Positions 1-7,985 of a DNA stretch of 24,046 nt are shown here, one piece after another. Below the pieces are notes generated by a model. The model did no database searches. It was not told the DNA's origin and saw nothing but the letters and a program-made list of their open reading frames with translations. Source of the DNA: Candidatus Krumholzibacteriia bacterium (GTDB lineage Bacteria; Krumholzibacteriota; Krumholzibacteriia; LZORAL124-64-63); contig JAWOID010000146.1 of NCBI GenBank assembly GCA_046484865.1, positions 1-24,046 of the forward strand. Direction: 5' to 3'. A program made the translations under genes and the position numbers. Within the stretch, counting starts at the first letter, position 1. Each line of letters starts with the position of its first letter.

Positions 1-1187
1 CCCAGCGACAAGGAGTGTTCAGTCCAGTCGGTGTTTTGGCAATCGATATCGGCCAATTCGTCAGTGAAGGCATCGATGGAAGGCATAGTGGTTGACACCA
101 ACACCTTATAAGAGTTGTTGCGTGTTTCACTCTCCACAACATCAAACCATTTCATTACGGCGAAAGACTCTGAAAGGTCAATGGGGGGCGAAATCAGCCA
201 GTCGTCCTGATTGCCCATGCCATGGGCTGCATAAGGCTCCGATGGGGTCGGATCAATGTAATTATTTGACTGTGTCCATGTAAAATCGTCGCCATCGGCA
301 TTGATTACCGCCCAGCCAGCAGGTGCTGCCGGATCGCCCGACCAGTTTCCGTCGAAGCTCTGCACGTATGGGAAATCGCTGATGGCGCTACTTATGGTTG
401 AAAAATGCCAAACTGGCCCGGTAGTAATTGCTTTTGAGCTGTTGTGAACCATTAACTGCCATTGATAGGCTGTAGCCCCCGACAGGCCAGAAAAACTATA
501 ACTTCCGGAATTGCCTGCAGCAGCTCCCTGCAGCACTTGTTGCATATTACCTGTTTCGCCAAACCATAAATCATAGGTTTCGGAGCTCGTTCCAAACTCC
601 CAGGTCATGGTGCCACTCAGGCCCACATTTGCCGCAAAATTGGGAGGGCTGGGGTTATGGGGCAGCCTTGGCGATCCCACGGCAAGAATTATCACCGTAC
701 CCGAAACCAAATGGGGCTCACTACCATAGGTATCGCCATGCAAGGTGTAGCTTGCAACAATAGAACCGGTGAAAGAAGCAGCCACATCAACATTTACCTG
801 GAACGTGTAAGGGCCGGGAAACAACTCGCCCCACTGGGTACCACCGGGAATTGTACCCCAGGAAATGTTCTGGCCACTAACCGGCAAATTGATTTCAATT
901 TCGCTTTCAATATCTCCGATCACCTCCGAAGAACCATCTGCCAGGGGCGTGACTCCTTCCGGAAAAATAATCTCAAACCCATCAAGATATTCGTAATCTG
1001 GTGAAGAGAAATTCAGGTTAAACTGAATCAAGTTGGTTTGTCCGGCAACATATTCAGATGATGTGGTTAGAGAAACGTTGATAATGGCTTTCGGCACAGC
1101 GGTTTCCTGCCGCAAAAGATAGGGATTCTGAGTCAGGCCGGAAGCAGCCAACCCTATACCAGCCAACAAGAGCATTAATCTTTTCAT
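1..1187 (-). CDS. Secreted surface protein with FN3-like and cleaved-adhesin/choice-of-anchor J-like domain; partial, 3' end beyond left window edge
   Basis: Not in the ORF track because no stop lies inside the window. ATG at 1187-1185 follows an A/T-rich leader without a Shine-Dalgarno. Manual translation gives a signal peptide MKRLMLLLAGIGLAASGLTQ, then PHNPSPPNFAANVGLSGTMTWEFG...YDLWFG...GPVWHFST, then FPYVQSFDG...GWAVINADGDDFTW...NQDDWLISPPIDL. The DDWLISP motif is typical of cleaved-adhesin/CAJ domains. Confidence 0.85.
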   Translation of the reverse strand, partial: MKRLMLLLAGIGLAASGLTQNPYLLRQETAVPKAIINVSLTTSSEYVAGQTNLIQFNLNFSSPDYEYLDGFEIIFPEGVTPLADGSSEVIGDIESEIEINLPVSGQNISWGTIPGGTQWGELFPGPYTFQVNVDVAASFTGSIVASYTLHGDTYGSEPHLVSGTVIILAVGSPRLPHNPSPPNFAANVGLSGTMTWEFGTSSETYDLWFGETGNMQQVLQGAAAGNSGSYSFSGLSGATAYQWQLMVHNSSKAITTGPVWHFSTISSAISDFPYVQSFDGNWSGDPAAPAGWAVINADGDDFTWTQSNNYIDPTPSEPYAAHGMGNQDDWLISPPIDLSESFAVMKWFDVVESETRNNSYKVLVSTTMPSIDAFTDELADIDCQNTDWTEHSLSL

Positions 1188-1220
1188 TTCGTTAAATTTT
1201 AAGTGACTGGAAAAAACAAT

Positions 1221-3240
1221 TTACATAACCACGAACTTACTCCTTAGGATTCCCTTACGGCCCCTGACAATAACAAAGTATATCCCCCTAGGCAAATGCC
1301 TGATATCGAACACATAAGCTTCCCAGGGTTCAGGATTATCTTCAGCAATAACAAGGTTGCCATGCATGTAGAAAATTAAAATTTCAATAAGTTGCGTAAA
1401 GTCCTTTGAAAGCACCATATTTATCTGGTTGCGGGCGGGGTTGGGATACAACAAAAGGTCCCCAGGCTCGTCAGGCTGGTTCATTCCAGTGCAATCAAAA
1501 ACTTCTATCTCAACCCTTGCAATGTTGTAGCAACCTTCATCATCAAAATAAATGTAGCAAAGGGTATGCGTGCCGGGTCCTGCCATTGAAGGAACAAATG
1601 AATCGTCCATGACCCCGGGACCACTGAAAACTCCGCCTTCGGGATAAGCGCCACTAAGCGGAATGGAAGGCGTTTGCGAGCAGACACTCTCAAACTCCCA
1701 CTCCCACACAACCGAAGGCTTGGGGTTTACGGTTATTACAAATTCATTGCTGATAGCAGGGTTGCCTGTGGTACAGGTTTCGCTGGAAGTCATAACAACC
1801 TTTACCCTATCGCCATTGGTCGGAACGAACGACAACACTGGGCTGTTCAAACCAAAGGGTTCATCATTGAGAAGCCACTGATAGGAAGGCTCTGTTCCGC
1901 CATTTACAGGAAATGCGTAAAAATAAATCGTAATGCCTTCGCATACTTCGGTTACACCGCCAATAATATGGACAGTAACTGGCAAGTTGGGCTGCAGGCT
2001 TATGGTAATGGTATTGCTGGTAACAGGGTTTTGTGCAATACAGCTTTCGCTGGAAGTCATTTCCACAGACACTTGGTCGCCATTGGCAGGCACATAAGTA
2101 AATTCATGGCTGTTGCTACCAGCATCGACACTGTTGACCATCCACTGATACACTGGAGTCGTTCCGCCGTTCACTGCAGTTGCCGTAAAAGTTACAGGCA
2201 AACCATGGCAAGCGGAGGTTAGTTCTGCACTGATATTAACACCAGCCTCCAACAGAGGCTGCACGGTGATTTGGAATTCACACGACTGACCTTCATAAGA
2301 ATAGGTAATGACATGCAAACCTTCACCAGCCAAAACTGGATCAAATATAGCCCCTGATACTCCTAATCCAGAGAAAACACCGCCTTCGGGACTTGCTCCG
2401 GTAAGCTCAAATGCCGGATCGGCTATGCACAGCACCACATTGTCTGGGCAAATCACTTCCACCTGCGAACTTAATGTAGTAAATCCTGCAGGGCCTGCCC
2501 AGGCGCTGGTAACACCCGCAGTACAAATGCCCCTCACGTAAAACTCGTAGGCGGTTTCCTCTGCAAGGCCATCCAACTCATATCCGGGTGTCAATAAACC
2601 CGAAACCAGGTTTCCGTTTCCGGGAGTAAATCCGGCAAGTCCCCATTCCAGCAACCATTCCTCATGATTGTTTCCGGCGGTCCATGAAAGCTGGGCCAAA
2701 TTGGCGGTTATCCCACCGACTATTAGGTTTGTGGGCGGTCCGCAATCAGGTGATTCAAGCACTTCGACGGAAGCATTTGCCGAACCTGCACAGCCATTGC
2801 CATCAACGTAAGTGTAGGTTAGTATATGCAGCCCTGGACCGGCATTCTGTGGCTCGAAAATATTATTAAAAACCCCAGGCCCGCTGTATAAACCGCCTGC
2901 CGGTGTTCCACCGGTTAACACTATAGGATCGCTGTCTGCAACAACAGGCTCCGGGTTCCAATCCCAGCTTACAATCGGGAGATCGTTTACCGTGATAGTA
3001 ACCACATTACTTGTAACCGGGTTTTCTGCTACACATTCTGCATCGGAATTCATTACCACCCAAACTTGGTCGAGATGCACCGGAACATAGCTGAATTCAG
3101 AGCTATTGCTGCCGGCAGCTGAATTATTTACCTTCCATTGGTAAGCGGGATTACTGCCTCCATTCACCGTTGTGGCTGTAAAACTGACCATTACATCCTG
3201 GCAAACTTCGGTCTGATTTGCAGTAAGGCTCACACTGGCA
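1221..3240 (-). CDS. T9SS type A sorting domain-containing protein with Ig-like repeats and a fibronectin type III domain; 5'-truncated at the 3240/3241 junction
   Basis: The C-terminus LLLYPNPARNQINM...FDIRHLPRGIYFVIVRGRKGILRSKFVVM matches the T9SS CTD pattern (YPNP, GxY, terminal KxxV). FN3 segment CGPPTNLIVGGITANLAQLSW...EWGLAGFTPG. Repeated xVNGGxxPxYQW and PxGGxxSGxGV...AGxGxHxxxY units. The first ~30 aa of the track ORF (3241-3329) come from the adjacent high-GC segment. Confidence 0.88.
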
Positions 3241-5409
3241 CCCCAGATCGACGAGAACGCGAACCTCAACGGTGCGTACGAATCGATCCAGCGGAATCCC
3301 GACGGCGCCGGCGGAGCGCTGGTGACCACGTCCTACGTGACCAAGGCCCCCACGCCGGGCGTGAGCAACGCGACCGTCGTCCTGCAGCCGCCGCAGGTCA
3401 CCAACGTGTACCACCGCAGCCTGCTGCCGGTGCCCGGCGAGCCGGTCACGGTCTATGCCGACGCCACCGACAGCGACGGTACGGTCACCGAGGTGCGGCT
3501 GTACTGGCAGGTCAACGGCATGGGCCTGACCTCGGTCGCCATGACCCTGTCGGCCGGTTCCACCTACACCGGCACGATCCCGGGCGGCGCCGACGGCGAC
3601 CTGGTGGAGTATCGCGTCGAGGCCACCGACAACGACGCCCAGGTGGGCACGAACCCCGACACCGGCTTCTACGGTTACACCGTGGCGCCGGAGACCATCA
3701 CGCCCATCGCCTCGGTGCACGCCGACTCGCTCGGCATGGCCGGAACGGTCGTGATGGTGCAGGGCCAGGTCTACATCCCCGGCAACTACCTGGCCGACGG
3801 CGTCAACGTCAGCGCCTACATCCAGGACGCCAGCGGCCGCGGACTGAACGTCTACGGCACGGTCCGCAGCACCGGCGGCGACCTGCTGAACTCGACCGGC
3901 AACATCGTGAAGGTCACCGGTACCGCGTACTGGTACGGCACCACGGTGGAGCTGGTGAACTACGAGGTGGAACTGGTCAGCAGCGGCAACCCCCCGCTGA
4001 CGCCGGCCCTGATGTCCACCGCCGCTGCCGCCGCCCCCTCCAACGAGGGCACCTACACCGCGTCGCTGGGCCCGATCACGGCCATCGCGACCACCGGCGG
4101 CACCAACCCGGCCCACAACTTCACCATCGACGACGGCTCCGGCCCCGTGGTGGTGCGCGTGGACGACGACCTGGTCCCCGATCTCGCCACCTGGGCGGTC
4201 GGCGACCGGATCGAGGCCGCCGGCGCCGGCGGCAGCTACGCGGGCCAGGGCCAGCTCATCGTCGGCCTGGCCGGCGACCTCGTGAACAACGGACCCGGCG
4301 CGGACGTCACCCCGCCCACGCTGGTCACCGCGACGCTCGGCGGCACCGTCGAGGTCATGCTGCAGTACGACGAGGACGTCTCGCTCGTGACGGCCGAGAA
4401 CGTCGCGAACTACGAGGTCTTCGAGACCGCCACGCCCACCAACACGGTCGCGGTCGTGTCGGCGGTCCGGCAGACCGACGCCTCGCAGGTCCTGCTGACC
4501 CTGGCCGCCTCGATCAGCGGAACGGCGCACAGCGTCCGCGTGAACGGCGTGCAGGACATCGCGGGCAACACGATCGCGGCGAACACCACCGTCGCGATCA
4601 CCGATCCCAGCCAGGTGCCGCAGATCGTGATCACCGAGATCATGCAGAACCCGCTGGTCCTGTACGACTCGGACGGCGAGTGGTTCGAGATCTACAATGC
4701 CGGCTCACTGCCCGTGGATCTCAACGGCTGGACGATCCAGGACCTGGGCTACGACAGCCACGTCATCGCCAACGGCGGTCCGCTGGTCATCAACCCCGGC
4801 GAGTACCAGGTGCTGGGCGTGAACGCGACGGCCATGGCCGGCGAGGGTGTCACGCTCTTCTACCAGTACGCGGGGATCGCCCTGGGCAACGCTGACGACG
4901 AGTTGATCCTCGTCGACACGCTCGCCCGCGAGATCGACGCCGTGGCCTGGGACGGCGGCCCGGTGTGGCCGGACCCGAACGGCGCCTCGATGCAGTGGTC
5001 CGGCCGGGGCGACAACGCCGACGGCACGACCTGGACCACGAGCGTGGCTCCGTTCGGCAGCGGCGATCTGGGCACTCCCGGCGCGCCGAATACCGACCTG
5101 ACCGGGGTGCCGGTGCCGGCCCTGGCGAACCGTCTGGGCCCGAACTACCCGAACCCGTTCAACCCCGCCACGAAGTTCAGCTTCACGCTCGCCAGCGACG
5201 CGCAGGTGAGTCTCGTGGTGTTCGACGTGCGCGGCCGTCAGGTCCGCACCATCCTCGAACAGCGGCTTCCCGCCGGCGACTACAGCAACGTGTACGCGTG
5301 GGACGGCCGCGACGACCAGGGTCGCGCCGCCACCAGCGGCACCTACTTCTACCGGCTGGAGACCGACGGTGGCTTCCGTGCGTCGGGCAAGATGACGCTC
5401 GTGAAGTAA
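3241..5409 (+). CDS. Lamin-tail-domain (LTD) surface protein with Ig-like and OB-like modules and a C-terminal FlgD-Ig/T9SS-like sorting domain; 5'-truncated
   Basis: The frame of track ORF 3322..5409 extends upstream with GC3-rich codons to 3241 (PQIDENANLNGAYESIQRNPDGAGG...APTPGVSN, resembling the end of an LTD). Full LTD: IVITEIMQNP...DSDGEWFEIYNAGSLPVDLNGWTIQD...GTPGAPN. C-terminus: NYPNPFNPATKFSFTL...VFDVRGRQVRTI...WDGRDDQGRAATSGTYFYRL. Confidence 0.88.
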   Translation, partial: PQIDENANLNGAYESIQRNPDGAGGALVTTSYVTKAPTPGVSNATVVLQPPQVTNVYHRSLLPVPGEPVTVYADATDSDGTVTEVRLYWQVNGMGLTSVAMTLSAGSTYTGTIPGGADGDLVEYRVEATDNDAQVGTNPDTGFYGYTVAPETITPIASVHADSLGMAGTVVMVQGQVYIPGNYLADGVNVSAYIQDASGRGLNVYGTVRSTGGDLLNSTGNIVKVTGTAYWYGTTVELVNYEVELVSSGNPPLTPALMSTAAAAAPSNEGTYTASLGPITAIATTGGTNPAHNFTIDDGSGPVVVRVDDDLVPDLATWAVGDRIEAAGAGGSYAGQGQLIVGLAGDLVNNGPGADVTPPTLVTATLGGTVEVMLQYDEDVSLVTAENVANYEVFETATPTNTVAVVSAVRQTDASQVLLTLAASISGTAHSVRVNGVQDIAGNTIAANTTVAITDPSQVPQIVITEIMQNPLVLYDSDGEWFEIYNAGSLPVDLNGWTIQDLGYDSHVIANGGPLVINPGEYQVLGVNATAMAGEGVTLFYQYAGIALGNADDELILVDTLAREIDAVAWDGGPVWPDPNGASMQWSGRGDNADGTTWTTSVAPFGSGDLGTPGAPNTDLTGVPVPALANRLGPNYPNPFNPATKFSFTLASDAQVSLVVFDVRGRQVRTILEQRLPAGDYSNVYAWDGRDDQGRAATSGTYFYRLETDGGFRASGKMTLVK

Positions 5410-5423
5410 GGAACGACCGGTCG

Positions 5424-5447
5424 GGCCCGGCCAGTCGGGCCTTCCTC
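5424..5447 (+). terminator. Small GC hairpin with weak pyrimidine tail downstream of the LTD gene
   Basis: ggcccgg-ccag-tcgggcc (7-bp stem with one G-U pair) followed by ttctcc, 14 nt after the stop codon. Confidence 0.3.
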
Positions 5448-5461
5448 CGGTTCCACGACCA

Positions 5462-5491
5462 GCGGCCCCGTCGCCTCGGCGGCGGGGCCGC
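5462..5491. terminator. Strong inverted repeat between convergent genes; possible bidirectional terminator
   Basis: gcggccccgtcgc-ctcg-gcggcggggccgc forms a 13-bp stem with one G-U pair, between the stops at 5409 (+) and 5516 (-). It has no clear U-tract. Confidence 0.5.
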
Positions 5492-5515
5492 GCTCGTGCC
5501 GGGCACGAACCGCCG

Positions 5516-7117
5516 TCACCGCCCGATCAGGCCCAGCAGGTGGCGCAGGATGCCGGCCTTCTTGTCGTCGTGGTCTGCCGCGGCCGCCTGCTCGGCCCGC
5601 GCGTCGGCGGCGGCGGCGACGTTGGCGGCCTGGCGGTCGGCGGCGAGTTTGGCGAGGTGCTCGGGGACCTCGGGGTGCAGGCTCAGGAGGGCCACGAAAG
5701 CGTCGCGTTCGAAGACCAGCAGCTCGCAGCTGGTGGCCGTGGTGAGCGTGGCCGCCCGGGGAGCGCCGGTGAGCAGACTCATCTCGCCGACGACCGCGCC
5801 CTCGCCCAGTTCGAACCTGGTGACGGGTTCGCCGTGGCCGTGGTCCACCGTGCCGGCCAGCTTGCCGCCGGCGACGACGTAGAAGCTGCTGCCCTCGTCG
5901 CCCTGGCGCATGACCACCTCGCCGTGCGTCCACTTCTCGCGGCGGACCAGACCCGCCAGCCGTCGCAGCTCTTCGGGCCCGAGCAGAGGCTGTCCGTCGG
6001 CGTCCACCACGAGCTTGCGATGGAGATCGCTGGCCGCGAGGTCGCGTGCCACCGCCGCCACGTCGGGCCGTTCCGGCTCGAGCTTGCGCTGGTTGTAGAC
6101 CACGGCCATGAAGTCGTTGAGCAGCTTGTCACTCATGGGGAAGGGAATCTCGATGCCGCAGCGCTTGAACTGGTACCAGATGTGTCGCGACACCTGCCCG
6201 TCGATCCAGCCGCGCCGGTGGTATTGCCGGGTCCAGTAGAGGAGCCGGTAGTTGATGCCGTAGTCCTGGAACTCGGTCACCAGGGCGTGCGGCGCGGGCT
6301 TTTCCATGACCTCGGGCACCGCCCGGGCGGCGGCCGTGAGAGCGTCGATGACCTCGTCGGGCGCGTCGCTGTAGCTGGCTCCCACGTCGATCCGGTGTCG
6401 CCGCGCCGGCGTGGGGAGTCCGAGATTGTGGATGGTGGCGTTGCTGAGAAACGAATTGGGGACGATCAACTCCTCGTGATTGACGGTCTGGATGCGCGTC
6501 TCGCGCCAGTTCGTGCAGGTGACCTTGCCCTCCACCGACGGCCCCGCTTCGCCGGCCAGCGCGATCCAGTCGCCGGGTTGCACCGACCGGGTCAAGTGCA
6601 GCGACATGCCCGCCAGGAGGTTGCCCAGCACCCCCTGGAGCGCGAAGCCGATGACCGCCGTCACCAGCGCCGTGGACGCCAGCAGCGGCCCGATGTCCCA
6701 GCCCAGCTCGATCTTCGCCACCGCGAACGCCAGCAGCAGGAACGTCAGGACGCGGACGATGTCGCCCAGCAGATCCGGCACCGGGAACGGCCGGCGGCGG
6801 ACAGCCCAGATCTGCCGGGCGGTCCCCTCCACCAGCGCCAGCGCCAGGGCGCCGAGCCAGAACACGCGCCAGGCGTCGACCAGCGGCTCGTGGGCGTCCA
6901 GCCAGTTTGCCAGCGGGCGGCTCTGCTGCGCGAGCCAGATCGCGCCGGGTGTGAAGACGAGCACCAGCGCCGGTCTCGCCACCGCCGACAGCAGGCCCAG
7001 CACTCCCGGCCGGTCGGGCTTCGCACGACGGCGCAGCAGCGCCGTCAGCGACAGCGCCGTCACGAGCACCAGCAACGTGGTCAGCATGACCGCCACCGGA
7101 GCGAGATTCGCCGTCAC
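5516..7117 (-). CDS. MscS-family mechanosensitive channel with C-terminal cyclic-nucleotide-binding domain (bCNG-like)
   Basis: Several N-terminal TM helices. MscS motifs LLASTALVTAVIGFALQGVLGNLLAG, QPGDWI, EGKV...NWRETRI...IVPNS and GIEIPFP. cNMP domain GEVVMRQGDEGSSFYVV...GEMSLLTGAPRAAT. GTG start with SD GAGGAG; GTGA overlap with the upstream gene. Confidence 0.93.
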   Translation of the reverse strand: MTANLAPVAVMLTTLLVLVTALSLTALLRRRAKPDRPGVLGLLSAVARPALVLVFTPGAIWLAQQSRPLANWLDAHEPLVDAWRVFWLGALALALVEGTARQIWAVRRRPFPVPDLLGDIVRVLTFLLLAFAVAKIELGWDIGPLLASTALVTAVIGFALQGVLGNLLAGMSLHLTRSVQPGDWIALAGEAGPSVEGKVTCTNWRETRIQTVNHEELIVPNSFLSNATIHNLGLPTPARRHRIDVGASYSDAPDEVIDALTAAARAVPEVMEKPAPHALVTEFQDYGINYRLLYWTRQYHRRGWIDGQVSRHIWYQFKRCGIEIPFPMSDKLLNDFMAVVYNQRKLEPERPDVAAVARDLAASDLHRKLVVDADGQPLLGPEELRRLAGLVRREKWTHGEVVMRQGDEGSSFYVVAGGKLAGTVDHGHGEPVTRFELGEGAVVGEMSLLTGAPRAATLTTATSCELLVFERDAFVALLSLHPEVPEHLAKLAADRQAANVAAAADARAEQAAAADHDDKKAGILRHLLGLIGR

Positions 7118-7977
7118 CGGAAATCCTCCTCGAGCATGATCTCCTCTCCCTGTCGGGCCAGCGCCACCGCCGGCCGGGCACCGGCTTGCATCGTCTGCAG
7201 GCGCTGCTCGCGCGCGAGCAGGGTCGCTGCATCGTGGGTCGGATCGTGATGGGTGATCAGCAGTCGCGCCACTCCCGCCTCGCGGGCCAGGGCGACCGCA
7301 TCCTCGGCGACCGCGTGACCCCAGCCGCGGACCCGCTCGTAGTCATCGGCATCGTACTGCCCATCGTGAACCAGCAGCTGCGCCGGGCGCGGCTCGCGGC
7401 AGAGCGCCACCAGCGCCTGACGCTGCGCGGGGTCCGCGCCGTCCCACTCCAGATCGGTGGCCAGCACCATCGCCCCCCCGGTGGCGGGTTCGTCCACCCG
7501 GTAGGCCGTGCAGCCGCCCGGGTGGGGCACGGCCGTCCAGCGCACCTCCAGACCGCAATGGCGCAGCGGCGTTTCGGTCCCCTCGGGCGCCAGTTCCCGA
7601 AACGCGATGGTCGATGCCATGGCGTCGATCGCGATCGGCCAGTAGGGCGGCTGCAGGAGTCCGCGCACCGCCTGTTCCACGCCGACGCCCCCGTGTCGGG
7701 GCCCCGCGAACGTGATGCGCGCGCCGGCCGCGTACAGAGGCGAGAAGGTGCCCAGTCCCGCCAGGTGGTCGAGGTGGAAATGGGTCAGCAGGACCAGCAG
7801 CTCGGGTGCCCGTCCCAGCCGCGGGGCGAGGGCCGGCAACCCGGTGCCGCAGTCCAGGACGATGCGCTCACCGCCGGCGCCCGTCACCAGCAGGCAAGTG
7901 GTGTCGCCGCCGAAGGGCAGGGCCGCCGGTGCGGTGACCGGGGCCGAGCCGCGGGTGCCGGCCATCAGGATCCGCAT
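7114..7977 (-). CDS. MBL-fold metallo-hydrolase (RNase Z/BN-like); putative cyclic nucleotide phosphodiesterase
   Basis: GTRGSAP, GGDTTC, LDCGTG, THFHLDH (HxHxDH), HPGG, ATDLE, HDGQY, GWGH and THHDP motifs. The PDE role is inferred from gene context. Confidence 0.9.
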   Translation of the reverse strand: MRILMAGTRGSAPVTAPAALPFGGDTTCLLVTGAGGERIVLDCGTGLPALAPRLGRAPELLVLLTHFHLDHLAGLGTFSPLYAAGARITFAGPRHGGVGVEQAVRGLLQPPYWPIAIDAMASTIAFRELAPEGTETPLRHCGLEVRWTAVPHPGGCTAYRVDEPATGGAMVLATDLEWDGADPAQRQALVALCREPRPAQLLVHDGQYDADDYERVRGWGHAVAEDAVALAREAGVARLLITHHDPTHDAATLLAREQRLQTMQAGARPAVALARQGEEIMLEEDFR

Positions 7978-7985
7978 GGACTCTC

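Noticed and set aside
92..2869. Short plus-strand ORFs in the left segment (92..283, 657..1004, 1674..2222 and others)
   Set aside because: They are antisense to the two well-supported minus-strand genes and have no motifs.
3246..3249. GATC (Sau3AI/DpnII) site next to the chimeric junction, suggesting a ligation chimera
   Set aside because: The plus-strand reading PQIDEN appears to begin at 3241, upstream of the GATC, and the minus-strand reading there (SIWG) does not fit the repeat pattern. The join therefore seems about 5 bp left of the site. GATC is also frequent in this DNA. Not fully excluded.
3241..3329. N-terminal ~30 aa and start of track ORF 1221..3329, and the GTG start at 3322 of track ORF 3322..5409
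   Set aside because: The first is antisense read-through into the other segment. The second is an internal Val codon of a gene whose frame continues to the junction. Neither gives a signal peptide.
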